Positions 41,493 through 52,029 are shown, counted from the first letter of the stretch. The stretch: DNA of 64,000 nucleotides from Pseudobdellovibrionaceae bacterium (GCA_947444305.1 CANEZP010000012.1:74010-138009), one strand, 5' to 3'. Numbers and translations: made by a program. The notes: generated by a model from the sequence alone, not told the origin.

Positions 41493-41712
41493 CGCCGACT
41501 TGCGACTCTAGTTCTTCGGTCTAAATGTTTCCAAGTCGGTAAAACGCCTTCGTTTTGCTGAGACTGGCTGCTGATGATCGGTTAGAAAAGGGTTTCTATT
41601 GTCTAAACGAGTCCACGGAAGTGGTCTCAAATAGAATGTCCGGTTAGATGGTTTTGTTTTGTTTGGTCTTTGAAAAATGGGCCTAAGAAGTAACTAAAAG
41701 CAGAAGGTTTGT

Positions 41713-42030
41713 ATGCAGAGTCAGAAAATCCGTATCCGTCTCAGAGCTTTCGATCACAAGTTGCTGGATCAATCGACGAAAGAAATCGTCGAGACCGCAC
41801 GCCGCACGGGTGCCCGCGTAGCTGGTCCGATTCCTCTTCCTACTCGCATCAACCGTTACACGGTTTTGCGCTCACCTCACGTCGATAAAAAATCACGCGA
41901 GCAATTCGAAGTGCGCACGCACAAGCGTTTGTTAGATATTCTTGAGCCCACGCAACAGACGATCGATCAACTCATGAAGTTGGATCTCTCGGCCGGTGTG
42001 GATGTTGAAATCAAATTGTCGGTCGGCTAA
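41713..42030 (+). CDS. rpsJ: 30S ribosomal protein S10
   Basis: [18 protein letters not shown]...[14 protein letters not shown]. Confidence 0.96.
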   Translation: MQSQKIRIRLRAFDHKLLDQSTKEIVETARRTGARVAGPIPLPTRINRYTVLRSPHVDKKSREQFEVRTHKRLLDILEPTQQTIDQLMKLDLSAGVDVEIKLSVG

Positions 42031-42043
42031 GGAAAAGTGATTT

Positions 42044-42733
42044 ATGAGTGAAAATACTGAAAACACAACTACCGAAGAAACCACGACCGCAGCTCCTACG
42101 GGCGCCGCGCAGCTTGATGGCTTGTTCGCGTTCAAAGTGGGTATGTCCGCGGTCTTCGAAAACGGCGAGCGCGTACCCGTAACGATTTTAAAATATGAAC
42201 CGATGGTCGTTAGCCAAGTAAAAACCGTAGCGAGCGATGGTTACGAATCCGTACAGTTGGCCTTCAAGGCCGACCGCGCTTCGCAAACCAACAGCGCGAC
42301 AAAAACCGCGTTGAGCAAAGTCGGATTTGAAAACGGCGCTAAATTCCGCCGTGAACTTCGCTTCGACAAAATGCCCGCGGGTTTGACCGCCGGCACGAAG
42401 ATCGGTCTGGATTCTCTTAAAAAAGGCGACGTCGTAAAGGTCACCGGCGCTTCGCGCGGCCGCGGCTTCCAAGGTCCGGTTCGTCGTTGGGGTTTCGCGG
42501 GTGGTCCCGCGACTCACGGTTCCGGTTTTCACCGTAAACCGGGATCCGTCGGTAACAGAACGTGGCCCGGTCGCGTAATGCCCGGTAAACGTATGGCCGG
42601 TCAGTGGGGAGACGAAACCGTTTCCATCCGCAATCTCAAAATCGTTGATGTCATCCCCGAAGAAAATGTGGTCTTGGTTCGCGGCTCCGTTCCCGGCGCG
42701 CCCAACTCTCTCGTTCGTTTGGTAAAGGTGTAG
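42044..42733 (+). CDS. rplC: 50S ribosomal protein L3 (with acidic/Thr-rich N-terminal extension)
   Basis: FAFKVGMS...; GRGFQGPVRRWGF.GGPATHGS. About 22 extra N-terminal residues. Confidence 0.94.
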   Translation: MSENTENTTTEETTTAAPTGAAQLDGLFAFKVGMSAVFENGERVPVTILKYEPMVVSQVKTVASDGYESVQLAFKADRASQTNSATKTALSKVGFENGAKFRRELRFDKMPAGLTAGTKIGLDSLKKGDVVKVTGASRGRGFQGPVRRWGFAGGPATHGSGFHRKPGSVGNRTWPGRVMPGKRMAGQWGDETVSIRNLKIVDVIPEENVVLVRGSVPGAPNSLVRLVKV

Positions 42734-42736
42734 ATT

Positions 42737-43477
42737 ATGGCAAGTGTTGATGTTCTCGGTTGGGATAAAAAGAAAGTCGGCAGCGTTGATCTCGACGCCG
42801 CGGTTTTCGACGTAAAAGTAAAAAAAGAAATTCTTCAAACGGTCGTTCGTTGGCAGTTGGCTTGCCGCCGCCAAGGTACGCACAAAGCGAAGACCCGCGG
42901 CGAAGTTAGCGGTGGCGGTAAAAAGCCGTTCAAGCAAAAAGGCACCGGTAACGCTCGTCAGGGTTCTATTCGTTCGCCGATCATGCCCGGTGGTGGTATC
43001 GCCTTCGGTCCAGAGCCCCGCGACTACAGCTACGTTTTGCCTAAAAAAGTAAAACGTCTTGGTTTGCGCACGGCACTCTCCTTCTTGAAAAAAGAAGGTC
43101 GCTTGTTCGTCGTAGACGCGATGACTTCGACCGACGGCAAAGCCAAAGACATGGCTAAAAAATTAAAAGATTTCGGCCTTACCAAGGCGATGTTGATCGA
43201 TGCGAAAGTTGAAGACAAATTCAATCTCGCGACGCGCAACCTTCCCAAGTTCCGTTACATGGGTGTTGAAGGTCTAAACGTTTACGATCTGCTCAAGTAC
43301 GACAATGTCGTTCTTGCTAAAGGTTCGATCGAAGCCATCATTGACCGTTGCGGTGAAAAGGCTCCCCGTAAGTTTGCTGAAGCTTCAGAAGCGAAGCCCA
43401 CTCCCGCGGCCGTTGATAAGAATGCTAAAAAGAAGAAAATGGTTAAGAAGTCTGAAAGAACTGCGGAGAAGGCATAA
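42737..43477 (+). CDS. rplD: 50S ribosomal protein L4 (with K-rich C-terminal extension)
   Basis: KPFKQKGTGNARQGSIRSPIMPGGGIAFGP. About 40 extra C-terminal residues. Confidence 0.94.
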   Translation: MASVDVLGWDKKKVGSVDLDAAVFDVKVKKEILQTVVRWQLACRRQGTHKAKTRGEVSGGGKKPFKQKGTGNARQGSIRSPIMPGGGIAFGPEPRDYSYVLPKKVKRLGLRTALSFLKKEGRLFVVDAMTSTDGKAKDMAKKLKDFGLTKAMLIDAKVEDKFNLATRNLPKFRYMGVEGLNVYDLLKYDNVVLAKGSIEAIIDRCGEKAPRKFAEASEAKPTPAAVDKNAKKKKMVKKSERTAEKA

Positions 43478-43755
43478 TGTATTACGTCATTAAGCGCCCC
43501 CTCGTGACAGAAAAGAACAGCATCATGGCCGAAAAAGGCGTGTATGTTTTCGAAGTCGACAAGGAAGCCACTAAATTAGATATCAAAAAAGCGGTCGAAA
43601 AATACTTCCGCGTAAAAGTAGCTAACGTGAACACGGCCACTTGCCGTGGCCGCGCGAAGCGCACCAAGTTCGGCATCGGCAAGCCCGTATCTTGGAAAAA
43701 AGCGCTCGTTCGCCTGCAAGCAGGCGAAAAAATCGGCTTGTTTGAGGGAGCATAA
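43477..43755 (+). CDS. rplW: 50S ribosomal protein L23
   Basis: [11 protein letters not shown]...[24 protein letters not shown]. Confidence 0.94.
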   Translation: MYYVIKRPLVTEKNSIMAEKGVYVFEVDKEATKLDIKKAVEKYFRVKVANVNTATCRGRAKRTKFGIGKPVSWKKALVRLQAGEKIGLFEGA

Positions 43756-43757
43756 AA

Positions 43758-44594
43758 ATGGGAATTAAAACTTACCGCCCCAGCAGCCCTAGCCGTCGCT
43801 CAATGACCGGCTACGACTTCAAGGAAATTACGAAATCGAAGCCTGAGAAGGCGCTGACCTCGCGTGTACACAATCACGCCGGTCGTAGCAATACGGGTAT
43901 GAAGTCCATTCGCTACAAAGGCGGCGGGCACAAACGTTTGTACCGTTTGATTGATTTCAAACGTACCAAAGTGGATGTTCCCGCGACCGTAGCGGCGATC
44001 GAATACGATCCGAACCGCACTTGCCGTATTGCTTTGTTGCACTACGCAGACGGACTCAAGGCGTACATCATCGCGCCGATCGGTCTGAACGTAGGCGATA
44101 AAGTTTTGTCGGGCGACAAAGCCGATATCAAGCCCGGCAACAGCCTCCCGCTGTCTTCGATTCCCGCGGGCACGATTCTGCACAATATCGAAATTCGTCC
44201 CGGCAAAGGTGCGCAAATCGCGCGCGGTGCCGGCGCCGAAGCGACTCTCGTTGCTAAAACCGAACAGTACTGCCAGGTGAAATTGCCTTCGGGTGAAGTT
44301 CGTCAGGTCTTGTCGGTTTGCCGCGCAACGATCGGTCAAGTGGGCAACACCGATAACGAGAATATCTCGCTCGGTAAAGCCGGCCGTGCACGTTGGTTGG
44401 GTATTCGCCCCTCCGTTCGCGGTATGGCTATGAACCCGATCGATCACCCGTTGGGTGGTGGTGAAGGTGTTGGTAAAGGTCATCACCCGGTTACTCCGTG
44501 GGGTAAGCCTTGCAAAGGCTTCAAGACCCGTCACAACAAGCGTACGGATTCAATGATTGTTAAGCGCCGCGCTAAGCGCAAAATGAGGAAGTAA
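43758..44594 (+). CDS. rplB: 50S ribosomal protein L2
   Basis: [15 protein letters not shown]; [13 protein letters not shown]. Confidence 0.97.
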   Translation: MGIKTYRPSSPSRRSMTGYDFKEITKSKPEKALTSRVHNHAGRSNTGMKSIRYKGGGHKRLYRLIDFKRTKVDVPATVAAIEYDPNRTCRIALLHYADGLKAYIIAPIGLNVGDKVLSGDKADIKPGNSLPLSSIPAGTILHNIEIRPGKGAQIARGAGAEATLVAKTEQYCQVKLPSGEVRQVLSVCRATIGQVGNTDNENISLGKAGRARWLGIRPSVRGMAMNPIDHPLGGGEGVGKGHHPVTPWGKPCKGFKTRHNKRTDSMIVKRRAKRKMRK

Positions 44595-44597
44595 TCG

Positions 44598-44897
44598 ATG
44601 GGACGTTCAGTAAAAAAAGGTCCATTTGTAGACCATCACTTGCAGAAGAAGATCGACACCGCCAAAGCGACCGGCGACAAGAAGGTTATTAAAACTTGGT
44701 CGCGTCGCTCGATGGTTTTGCCCGAAGCGGTAGGTTTGACTTTCGCCGTTCACAACGGTCGCAAATTCATTCCCGTATACGCAACGGAGAATATGATCGG
44801 CCACAAACTGGGTGAGTTCGCTCCGACGCGTACGTTCAACGGTCACGCTGAGAAGAAATCGAATGCTCCAACGGCCTCGGCGCCGTCGAAGAAATAG
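44598..44897 (+). CDS. rpsS: 30S ribosomal protein S19
   Basis: [14 protein letters not shown]...[21 protein letters not shown]. Confidence 0.96.
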   Translation: MGRSVKKGPFVDHHLQKKIDTAKATGDKKVIKTWSRRSMVLPEAVGLTFAVHNGRKFIPVYATENMIGHKLGEFAPTRTFNGHAEKKSNAPTASAPSKK

Positions 44898-44908
44898 GGA
44901 GATAGACC

Positions 44909-45241
44909 GTGGAAGTGAAAGCTAGCTTAAACTTTGCTCGCATCGGATGTCAGAAGGCCCGTTTGGTCGCTGATGTTGTTCGCGGTAAAGATGTGAACGA
45001 AGCCATTCGTAGCCTGACCTTTATGAAGCAAAAAGGTGCCGGCTTGATCAAGAAGTTGATCGAGTCTGCAGTTGCGAATGCTGAAAACAAAAAGACGATC
45101 GATATCGACAACCTAATTGTGAAGTCGATTTGGGTAGACATGGGACCTTCTATGAAGCGTTTCCGTCCCCGCGCTCAAGGCCGCGCCTTCGAAGTAAAAA
45201 AGAAGATGAGCCACATCAACGTCGTCTTGGAAGAGAAATAG
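44909..45241 (+). CDS. rplV: 50S ribosomal protein L22
   Basis: GTG start; QKARLVADVVRGKDVNEA...; RFRPRAQGRAF..KK..HI. Confidence 0.94.
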   Translation: MEVKASLNFARIGCQKARLVADVVRGKDVNEAIRSLTFMKQKGAGLIKKLIESAVANAENKKTIDIDNLIVKSIWVDMGPSMKRFRPRAQGRAFEVKKKMSHINVVLEEK

Positions 45242-45250
45242 GGAGCATTA

Positions 45251-45916
45251 GTGGGACAAAAGATTCATCCAATTGGTTTACGTCTAGGTGTTATTCGGAC
45301 CTGGGATTCGCGTTGGTACGCTAAAGGCAAACAGTACCAAATCAATTTTCAAGAGGACGAAAAACTGCGCAAGTTTATCAAAGATAAGCTTAAGCACGCC
45401 GGCGTAGCCAAAATTGAGATCGAGCGCGCCGCAAACAAGGTGAAAATCATCATCTCGACCGCGCGCCCCGGTGTCGTCATCGGCAAAAAAGGCACGGGAA
45501 TCGATGCTCTTAAAGTCGAAATCCAAGGCCTTACGACGAACGAAGTTTTCGTCAACATCCAAGAAGTGCGCAAGCCCGACTTAGATGCCCAGTTGGTTGC
45601 CGAGAACATCGCGCTCCAGCTTGAAAAACGTATCTCGTGGCGCCGCGCTTTGAAAAAAGCATTGGCCGCCGCCGTTAAAGGCGGAGTCCGCGGGATCAAA
45701 ATTCGCGTTAGCGGCCGTCTTGATGGCGCCGAAATCGCGAGATCTGAATGGTACAACGAGAAGAGCGTCCCGCTACACACCCTGCGCGCCGACATTGACT
45801 ACGGAACTGCCGAAGCACTCACCACTTACGGACTGATTGGTCTTAAAGTGTGGATCTACAGAGGCGATGTTTACTCGGCACGTGAGATTGAGGAGAAGAG
45901 CCGTGTTAAGTCCTAA
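45251..45916 (+). CDS. rpsC: 30S ribosomal protein S3
   Basis: [23 protein letters not shown]; KH domain; [14 protein letters not shown]. Confidence 0.96.
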   Translation: MGQKIHPIGLRLGVIRTWDSRWYAKGKQYQINFQEDEKLRKFIKDKLKHAGVAKIEIERAANKVKIIISTARPGVVIGKKGTGIDALKVEIQGLTTNEVFVNIQEVRKPDLDAQLVAENIALQLEKRISWRRALKKALAAAVKGGVRGIKIRVSGRLDGAEIARSEWYNEKSVPLHTLRADIDYGTAEALTTYGLIGLKVWIYRGDVYSAREIEEKSRVKS

Positions 45917-46310
45917 AAGAGTTAAATGGAGAAGACAGCACCGCGGAAACTTCAAAGGTTTCGCAATGCGTGGTAGTTCACTGGCCTTCGGTGATTTCGG
46001 TCTTTGCGCGGTTGAAGCGCACAACCTGACCGCGCGTCAGATTGAAGCAAGCCGTATCGCGATCAGCCGCTCGGTTAAACGTGGTGGCAAATTGTGGCTA
46101 CGCGTATTTCCTGATCTGCCGTTGACCCGTAAGCCCGCCGAAACTCGGATGGGTAGCGGTAAAGGCTCGCCGGAATTGTGGGTAGCGAAGATCCTTCCGG
46201 GTCGTATTTTGTTTGAAATGAACGGGGTTACCCGTGAGCAAGCCGAAAGCGCTTTCCGCCTCGCTTCTCACAAATTGCCCTTTAAAACTAAGTTTGTGGC
46301 TCGGGAGTAG
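45903..46310 (+). CDS. rplP: 50S ribosomal protein L16
   Basis: GTG at 45903 gives (M)[21 protein letters not shown]. Overlaps the rpsC end by 14 nt. The ORF-track start at 45837 is rejected. Confidence 0.93.
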   Translation: MLSPKRVKWRRQHRGNFKGFAMRGSSLAFGDFGLCAVEAHNLTARQIEASRIAISRSVKRGGKLWLRVFPDLPLTRKPAETRMGSGKGSPELWVAKILPGRILFEMNGVTREQAESAFRLASHKLPFKTKFVARE

Positions 46311-46312
46311 TT

Positions 46313-46603
46313 ATGAAGTTTGCTGATGTTAAAGAATTGACGAGCTCGGAATTACGCAAACGCGTAGTGACCTTGCGTGAAGAGCTTTTCGAAGCCCGCA
46401 TGAAGCACACGCTCGGCCAGCTTGGCAGCCCGATTGAAATTCGCCACAAGCGCAAAGATCTCGCTCGTCTTAAGACCGCTCTTGTGATGAAGCTTGGTCA
46501 AAGCCCGAAGGCTGCCGCAGCTCCAAAAGCCGCGGCCGCTCCCAAGGCTACCGCCGCTCCGAAAACTAAAAGTGCGCCGAAGTCCGCGAAGACAAAAGGA
46601 TAG
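46313..46603 (+). CDS. rpmC: 50S ribosomal protein L29 (with AAAPK-repeat C-terminal extension)
   Basis: ELRKRVVTLREELFEARMKHTLGQL core, then PKAAAAPKAAAAPKATAAPKTKSAPKSAKTKG. Confidence 0.92.
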   Translation: MKFADVKELTSSELRKRVVTLREELFEARMKHTLGQLGSPIEIRHKRKDLARLKTALVMKLGQSPKAAAAPKAAAAPKATAAPKTKSAPKSAKTKG

Positions 46604-46606
46604 AGT

Positions 46607-46918
46607 ATGTCTGTAAAAGATGTAGATAAACAAACAGAACAGCGCGAAAACGTTCGCCGCCAAGAAGTGGTCGGCGAAGTGATCAGCGACAAGATGGATA
46701 AAACCATCACCGTCCAAATTTTCCGTCGCGTTCGTCACGAGATGTACGGCAAGTACCTGAAGAAAACTTCGGTTTACAAAGCCCATGATGAAAAGAACCA
46801 AGCCAAAAAAGGCGATAAAGTTCGTATCCAGATGACTCGCCCGCTCAGCAAAACGAAGCGCTGGCGCCTGATGGAAGTCGTAACTAAGGCCGAAGCCGAT
46901 ATTGAGGTGAACGTATGA
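46607..46918 (+). CDS. rpsQ: 30S ribosomal protein S17
   Basis: [39 protein letters not shown]. Confidence 0.94.
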   Translation: MSVKDVDKQTEQRENVRRQEVVGEVISDKMDKTITVQIFRRVRHEMYGKYLKKTSVYKAHDEKNQAKKGDKVRIQMTRPLSKTKRWRLMEVVTKAEADIEVNV

Positions 46919-47283
46919 TCCAGATGCAAAGCCGCTTGCGCGTAGCCGATAACTCGGGTGCCCGCGAAGTTATGTGCATTAAAGTTTTGGGCGGATCAAA
47001 GCGTCGCTACGCGGCCATTGGTGACATCATCGTGGTCTCGGTAAAAGAGGCTCTTCCGAATTCAAAAGTTAAAAAAGGTGACGTAGCTAAAGCCGTTGTC
47101 GTTCGCACAATTCACAAATTGCGCCGCGCCGACGGAAGCTATATTCGCTTCGACGATAACTCCGCGGTGTTGATCAACGCGGCTAAAGAACCGATCGGAA
47201 CTCGTATCTTCGGACCCGTTGCGCGTGAATTGCGTGCGAAGGCTTTCGTTAAGATCGTTTCGTTGGCTCCCGAGGTAATTTAA
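46915..47283 (+). CDS. rplN: 50S ribosomal protein L14
   Basis: [34 protein letters not shown]. Confidence 0.97.
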   Translation: MIQMQSRLRVADNSGAREVMCIKVLGGSKRRYAAIGDIIVVSVKEALPNSKVKKGDVAKAVVVRTIHKLRRADGSYIRFDDNSAVLINAAKEPIGTRIFGPVARELRAKAFVKIVSLAPEVI

Positions 47284-47284
47284 G

Positions 47285-47926
47285 ATGGCTGACGAAAAGA
47301 AACCTAAAAAAGCAAAAGGCGAAGGCGCCGATAAGGCTCCCAAAGCTGAAAAAGCGCCTAAAGTTAAAGGCGAAACCGTAAAGATCGGTCTTCAAGAGAA
47401 GTACCGCGCTGACATGGTTCCCGCTCTCATGAAAGAGCTGGGCTTGAAAAGTTCGATGCAGGTTCCGGGCTTGAAGAAGATCGTGATCAACTTGTCGACG
47501 GCCGAGGCCGTAAAAAACCCGAAGGTGTTGAACACCGCGGTTGACGAGCTCACGGCCATCACCGGTCAAAAAGCGGTGATCACCAAGGCGAAGAAGTCGA
47601 TCTCGAACTTCAAACTTCGTGAAGGTATGCCCATCGGTTGTATGGTTACTCTCCGCAAAGAGAGAATGTGGGCTTTCCTCGAGCGTTTGATTCATTTGTC
47701 TTTACCGCGTGTACGCGATTTCCGTGGCTTGAATGCCCGCGGTTTTGATGGCCGTGGCAATTACAACATGGGCTTGAAAGAACAAATTATCTTTCCGGAA
47801 ATCGATTACGACAAAGCGGAACAAGTGCGCGGGATGAATATCTCCATCTGCACTTCGGCCGTTAATGACAATCAGGGACGCGCATTGCTCGAAGCCTTAG
47901 GCATGCCGTTCAGAAAGCGTACGTAG
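47285..47926 (+). CDS. rplE: 50S ribosomal protein L5 (with K-rich N-terminal extension); follows rplN directly with no rplX between
   Basis: [34 protein letters not shown]...; about 33 extra N-terminal residues [30 protein letters not shown]. Confidence 0.93.
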   Translation: MADEKKPKKAKGEGADKAPKAEKAPKVKGETVKIGLQEKYRADMVPALMKELGLKSSMQVPGLKKIVINLSTAEAVKNPKVLNTAVDELTAITGQKAVITKAKKSISNFKLREGMPIGCMVTLRKERMWAFLERLIHLSLPRVRDFRGLNARGFDGRGNYNMGLKEQIIFPEIDYDKAEQVRGMNISICTSAVNDNQGRALLEALGMPFRKRT

Positions 47927-47939
47927 GGGATTTGGAAAT

Positions 47940-48329
47940 ATGGATACAATTGGTGATTTTTTAACAAGAATTCGCAACGCCGGCGCCTCGAAACACGAGA
48001 AGCTGGATATCCCGGCCTCGAACGTTCGCGTGGGCATTGCCAAGATCTTGTTGGATCAAGGCTACATCCGCTCGTTCAAAGTCGTTCGCGACGATAAACA
48101 AGGCGTGATGCGCGTTTATTTGAAGTACAACGACAAGGGTAAACCGGTTATTACCGCGATTGATCGCGTGAGCCGTCCTGGTCGCCGCGTTTACATTAAG
48201 TCAGACGAAGTTCCTTTGGTTCGTGATGGTTTTGGTATTTCCATTCTCAGCACAAACCGCGGCGTCGTCGACGGTGACACCGCCAAGAAAGATAAACTTG
48301 GCGGCGAGTACCTCTGTAACGTTTGGTAA
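47940..48329 (+). CDS. rpsH: 30S ribosomal protein S8; follows rplE directly with no rpsN between
   Basis: DTIGDFLTRIRNAGASKHEKLDIPAS. Confidence 0.96.
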   Translation: MDTIGDFLTRIRNAGASKHEKLDIPASNVRVGIAKILLDQGYIRSFKVVRDDKQGVMRVYLKYNDKGKPVITAIDRVSRPGRRVYIKSDEVPLVRDGFGISILSTNRGVVDGDTAKKDKLGGEYLCNVW

Positions 48330-48342
48330 TCGGACTTCGATT

Positions 48343-48402
48343 TTTGTGAACCGTTCGATATTGAGCGGTTCTTAATTTGTGAACCGTATTTGAAGCGGTT
48401 CT
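48343..48402 (+). repeat. Tandem pair of hairpins with identical stems in the rpsH-rplF spacer
   Basis: TTTGTGAACCG-N-AGCGGTTCT occurs twice (48343-48372 and 48376-48402). Each forms a GAACCG/CGGTTC stem. Confidence 0.75.
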
Positions 48403-48418
48403 ATTAAAAAGGTGAGTT

Positions 48419-48961
48419 ATGTCTCGTGTAGGTCGGTCCCCGGTATTTTTAGATAAAACGGTTCAAGTGACCGTTAATCCGAAGAACGAAGTTCTCGTTA
48501 AAGGTGCTAAGCACGCTTTGACGATCGCTATGCGTCCCGAAATCAAAGCGGAAATCAAAGATGGTAAAGTGCAGTTGACGACCATCAATGATGCGCCCAC
48601 AACTCGCGGCTTTCACGGCCTTTACCGCGCCTTGATCCAAAATGCGGTCACGGGCGTCACCAAAGGTTGGACTCGCGATCTCGAACTGAACGGCGTCGGT
48701 TACCGCGCGGCCGTTACGGGCAAAAAGCTTGAGTTGACCTTGGGCTACAGCCATCCGGTTGTTTTCATGATTCCGCAAGGCATTGAGATCACGATCGAGA
48801 AGCAGACAAAAATCACCGTCGCCGGCCCCAGCCGCGAACAGGTTGGCCAAGTTGCCGCGAAAATCCGCAGCTTCCGTCCGCCCGAGCCGTACTTGGGTAA
48901 AGGCGTTAAATACGCGGATGAGAAACTGCGTCGCAAAGCCGGTAAATCGGCCGCGAAGTAA
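48419..48961 (+). CDS. rplF: 50S ribosomal protein L6
   Basis: MSRVGRSPV.....V.V; GVGYRA; PEPYLGKGVKY. Confidence 0.95.
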   Translation: MSRVGRSPVFLDKTVQVTVNPKNEVLVKGAKHALTIAMRPEIKAEIKDGKVQLTTINDAPTTRGFHGLYRALIQNAVTGVTKGWTRDLELNGVGYRAAVTGKKLELTLGYSHPVVFMIPQGIEITIEKQTKITVAGPSREQVGQVAAKIRSFRPPEPYLGKGVKYADEKLRRKAGKSAAK

Positions 48962-48979
48962 TCCGTTAGGGTTAATGCT

Positions 48980-49016
48980 GCGTCTCCTTTATAGAGGCGC
49001 TTTACTGAGATTTTTT
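48980..49016 (+). terminator. Terminator-like hairpin inside the spc operon (rplF-rplR spacer)
   Basis: GCGTCTC-N7-GAGGCGC followed by TTTACTGAGATTTTTT. Confidence 0.35.
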
Positions 49017-49045
49017 AAGAATTCGTAGATGACGAAGAGGAAAAT

Positions 49046-49417
49046 ATGATTCGCATTAAGATGAAAAACAAAACGGTACACAAAGTGACCAAGCGCTTGA
49101 AAAACCGCGCGCGCATCCGCAAAAAAGTGGATGGAGCTTCGGAGCGTCCGCGTTTGTCGGTTTACCGCAGCGGCCGTCATATTTACGCGCAAATCATCGA
49201 CGACAGCACCGGCAAAACTTTGGCCGCGTACTCAACCCTCGAAGGTAATCTCGACAAAAAGAACATCGAGACGGCGAAACAGGTCGGCACTGAGCTCGCG
49301 AAGCGCGCCATCGGTAAAGACATTAAAAGCGTAGTTTTCGATCGTAGCGGCTACGTGTTCCATGGCCGCGTAAAAGCCGTAGCCGACGGCGCCCGCGAAG
49401 GTGGATTGAGCTTCTAG
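49046..49417 (+). CDS. rplR: 50S ribosomal protein L18
   Basis: [29 protein letters not shown]; [23 protein letters not shown]. Confidence 0.95.
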   Translation: MIRIKMKNKTVHKVTKRLKNRARIRKKVDGASERPRLSVYRSGRHIYAQIIDDSTGKTLAAYSTLEGNLDKKNIETAKQVGTELAKRAIGKDIKSVVFDRSGYVFHGRVKAVADGAREGGLSF

Positions 49418-49461
49418 ATCTGAGATTGGGAGCTCGCATTTTCGAGCCCACCGATTCGATC

Positions 49462-49495
49462 GCTCGCAGTTGCGAGCTCTAGATTTTGATTTTTA
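49462..49495 (+). terminator. Terminator-like hairpin inside the spc operon (rplR-rpsE spacer)
   Basis: GCTCGCA-GT-TGCGAGC followed by TCTAGATTTTGATTTTT. A further hairpin, ACCGCG-TAGG-CGCGGT, lies at 49506-49521. Confidence 0.35.
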
Positions 49496-49555
49496 AAAAG
49501 GGATAACCGCGTAGGCGCGGTCCCAATTTGCCAGCGTAAGCGGCAGGAGACATAA

Positions 49556-50023
49556 GTGGAAAATCAGCAAGGTGAATTGATGGAGCGTGTGGTTGCAATC
49601 AATCGCGTCGCCAAAGTTGTGAAGGGCGGACGCCGCTTTTCCTTCGCGGCACTCGTGGTTGCAGGCAACGGTACCGGTGAAGTCGGATTCGGAACCGGTA
49701 AAGCCGGCGAAGTTCCCGAAGCTATCGGCAAAGCCGGCCGCATGGCTAAGAAATCTTTGAAACGTATGAATATCAAAGAAAGCCGCACCATCCCCCACCA
49801 AGTGATCGGTAAATTCGGAGCGGCGAAAGTCATTCTTATGCCCGCATCGCCCGGTACCGGCGTTATCGCCGGCGGTCCCATCCGCGCGGTTCTGGAGGCC
49901 GTCGGTATTAAAGATATTTTGACCAAGTGCGTAGGCACGACCAATCCGCACAACGCGGTTCGCGCCACGATGAATGGTCTCGAGCAATTGATTATGAGCC
50001 GTCCCGTTAAAGGCGCGGAGTAA
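49556..50023 (+). CDS. rpsE: 30S ribosomal protein S5
   Basis: GTG start after AGGAG; [41 protein letters not shown]. Confidence 0.95.
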   Translation: MENQQGELMERVVAINRVAKVVKGGRRFSFAALVVAGNGTGEVGFGTGKAGEVPEAIGKAGRMAKKSLKRMNIKESRTIPHQVIGKFGAAKVILMPASPGTGVIAGGPIRAVLEAVGIKDILTKCVGTTNPHNAVRATMNGLEQLIMSRPVKGAE

Positions 50024-50033
50024 GAGGTAGACC

Positions 50034-50219
50034 ATGGCAAAATCTTTTAAAGTAACCTTGAAGCGTGGATTGATCGGTACGACCCAAAGCCAGCGCGACG
50101 CCGTTCGTTGCCTCGGCCTTCGTCGAATCAACCATAGCAATGTAATCCAAGATAACCCGGCGAACCGCGGACAGATTTCGAAAGTCCAGCATCTCGTCCA
50201 AGTTGAAGTTCAATCGTAG
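50034..50219 (+). CDS. rpmD: 50S ribosomal protein L30
   Basis: KVTLKRGLIGTTQSQRDAVRCLGLRRIN. Confidence 0.93.
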   Translation: MAKSFKVTLKRGLIGTTQSQRDAVRCLGLRRINHSNVIQDNPANRGQISKVQHLVQVEVQS

Positions 50220-50266
50220 TTTTTTGATATGGCGCGATCGTAAGAACGATCGCTTAGGAGATTAAA

Positions 50267-50704
50267 GTGAGCATACTCGGCAGCTTAACAAAACACAGAG
50301 GTTCGACCCATAACACCAAGGCACTCGGTCGTGGCCGTGGCTCGGGTAAAGGTGGAACATCGACCAAAGGCGGAAAAGGCCAAAAAGCCCGTAAGGGAAC
50401 TCCGATACGCCGCGGCTTCGAGGGTGGTCAAACGCCTTTGATTCGCCGTATGCCCAAAGTAGGGTTTACGAACACCGAATTTAAGAATATTTTTGAGATT
50501 GTGAATTTGAACCAACTTCAGTCTTTTACGGGAACCATTGGCCCTGATGAACTGGTGAAAGCCGGCTTAGTGAGCAAGAAAGCTCGCGTTAAAATCTTGG
50601 GTCGCGGCGACGCTCCTCAAGGTTTGACCGTGAAAGCTCACAAATTCAGTGAAACCGCCAAGGCCGCCCTAGAAAAGGCTGGAGGAAAAGTCGAGGTAGT
50701 TTAG
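50267..50704 (+). CDS. rplO: 50S ribosomal protein L15
   Basis: GRGRGSGKGGTSTKGGKGQKARKG...FEGGQTPL.RR.PK.GF. Confidence 0.94.
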   Translation: MSILGSLTKHRGSTHNTKALGRGRGSGKGGTSTKGGKGQKARKGTPIRRGFEGGQTPLIRRMPKVGFTNTEFKNIFEIVNLNQLQSFTGTIGPDELVKAGLVSKKARVKILGRGDAPQGLTVKAHKFSETAKAALEKAGGKVEVV

Positions 50705-52029
50705 TGGCCGCACCAGGTATGAGCATCCCAGCCGATCTTCGTAAACGCATCTTATTTACCCTTGGAATCCTGGCGGTTTACCGTCTGGGTGTCCACGTTC
50801 CCGTCCCGGGCGTGGATGCAAACGTCATGTTGGCGTTCTTCCAGCAACAAGCTTCCGGCGGTATCTTCGGTATGTTCAACACGTTTACCGGTGGAGCGCT
50901 CGAGCGTTTCTCGGTCTTCGCGTTGGGCATCATGCCGTATATCTCGGCATCTATTATCTTCCAGTTATTACAAACAGCCGTGCCTTACCTCGAGCAGTTG
51001 AAAAAAGAAGGTGAGCCCGGCCGCAAGAAGATCAATCAGTACACCCGTTACGCCACTTTGGTTTTAGCGATTGTTCAAGGTTACGCCATGGCGTCTTTCC
51101 TTGCGCAAGCGGATCACCAAGGCGTTCCGTTGGTGACGACCCGTGCTTTCGGGCCCGGTCTAAGCTTCCATTTAGTAACGATTGTTACTTTGATGGCAGG
51201 TACATGCTTCGTCATGTGGTTGGGTGAACAGATCACCGAGCGTGGAATCGGTAACGGAACTTCGCTCATCATCTTTACCGGGATTGCCGCCGGCGTGCCT
51301 TCGGGCGCGATCCGCATGTGGCAGATGGTGAATTCGGGCGAACTCAATCCTTTGCTCGCTTTCGGTATCGTTGCGGCGATGGTTGCGATCATCGGTGTCA
51401 TCGTATTCTTGGAAGTTGGCCAACGTCGAATTCCGATCCAGTATTCGCAGCGTGCACCCACGCGTGAGGGCATGGCCCAATCGCAACAAAGTCACTTGCC
51501 GATGAAGATCAACTTTTCGAACGTTATTCCGCCGATCTTCGCGAGCTCGTTGTTGATGTTTCCGGCTACGATGGGTCAGTTTATTCAGAACCCAACGTTG
51601 AAGACTTTGGCCGACACGTTGAATCCGACCCATCCGATTTACAATTTATTGTTCGTCGGTCTGATCGTATTCTTCTGCTTCTTCTATACCGAGATCGTTT
51701 TCAATCCGACGGAAGTTTCCGACAACTTGAAAAAGTACGGCGGTTTTATTCCGGGCATTCGCGCGGGTAAAAGCACTGCGGATTACATCAAGAAGGTTCT
51801 CGATCGTTTGACCGTCGCCGGTGCCGCGTACCTAAGTTTGGTGTGTGTATTACCGACGATCCTGCAAAACCAATTCAAGGTGCCGTTTTACTTCGGTGGA
51901 ACCTCACTTTTGATTTTGGTCGGTGTGGCACTGGACACGAGCCAGCAGATTCAATCGCATCTCTTGACGGCTCGCTACGAAGGCATGCTTAAGGGCGTTA
52001 AGCTCAAGAGCCGGAGGGTTCAATATTGA
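50704..52029 (+). CDS. secY: Preprotein translocase subunit SecY
   Basis: 441 aa, 10 TM pattern. [21 protein letters not shown]; [11 protein letters not shown]; [15 protein letters not shown]. Confidence 0.96.
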   Translation: MAAPGMSIPADLRKRILFTLGILAVYRLGVHVPVPGVDANVMLAFFQQQASGGIFGMFNTFTGGALERFSVFALGIMPYISASIIFQLLQTAVPYLEQLKKEGEPGRKKINQYTRYATLVLAIVQGYAMASFLAQADHQGVPLVTTRAFGPGLSFHLVTIVTLMAGTCFVMWLGEQITERGIGNGTSLIIFTGIAAGVPSGAIRMWQMVNSGELNPLLAFGIVAAMVAIIGVIVFLEVGQRRIPIQYSQRAPTREGMAQSQQSHLPMKINFSNVIPPIFASSLLMFPATMGQFIQNPTLKTLADTLNPTHPIYNLLFVGLIVFFCFFYTEIVFNPTEVSDNLKKYGGFIPGIRAGKSTADYIKKVLDRLTVAGAAYLSLVCVLPTILQNQFKVPFYFGGTSLLILVGVALDTSQQIQSHLLTARYEGMLKGVKLKSRRVQY

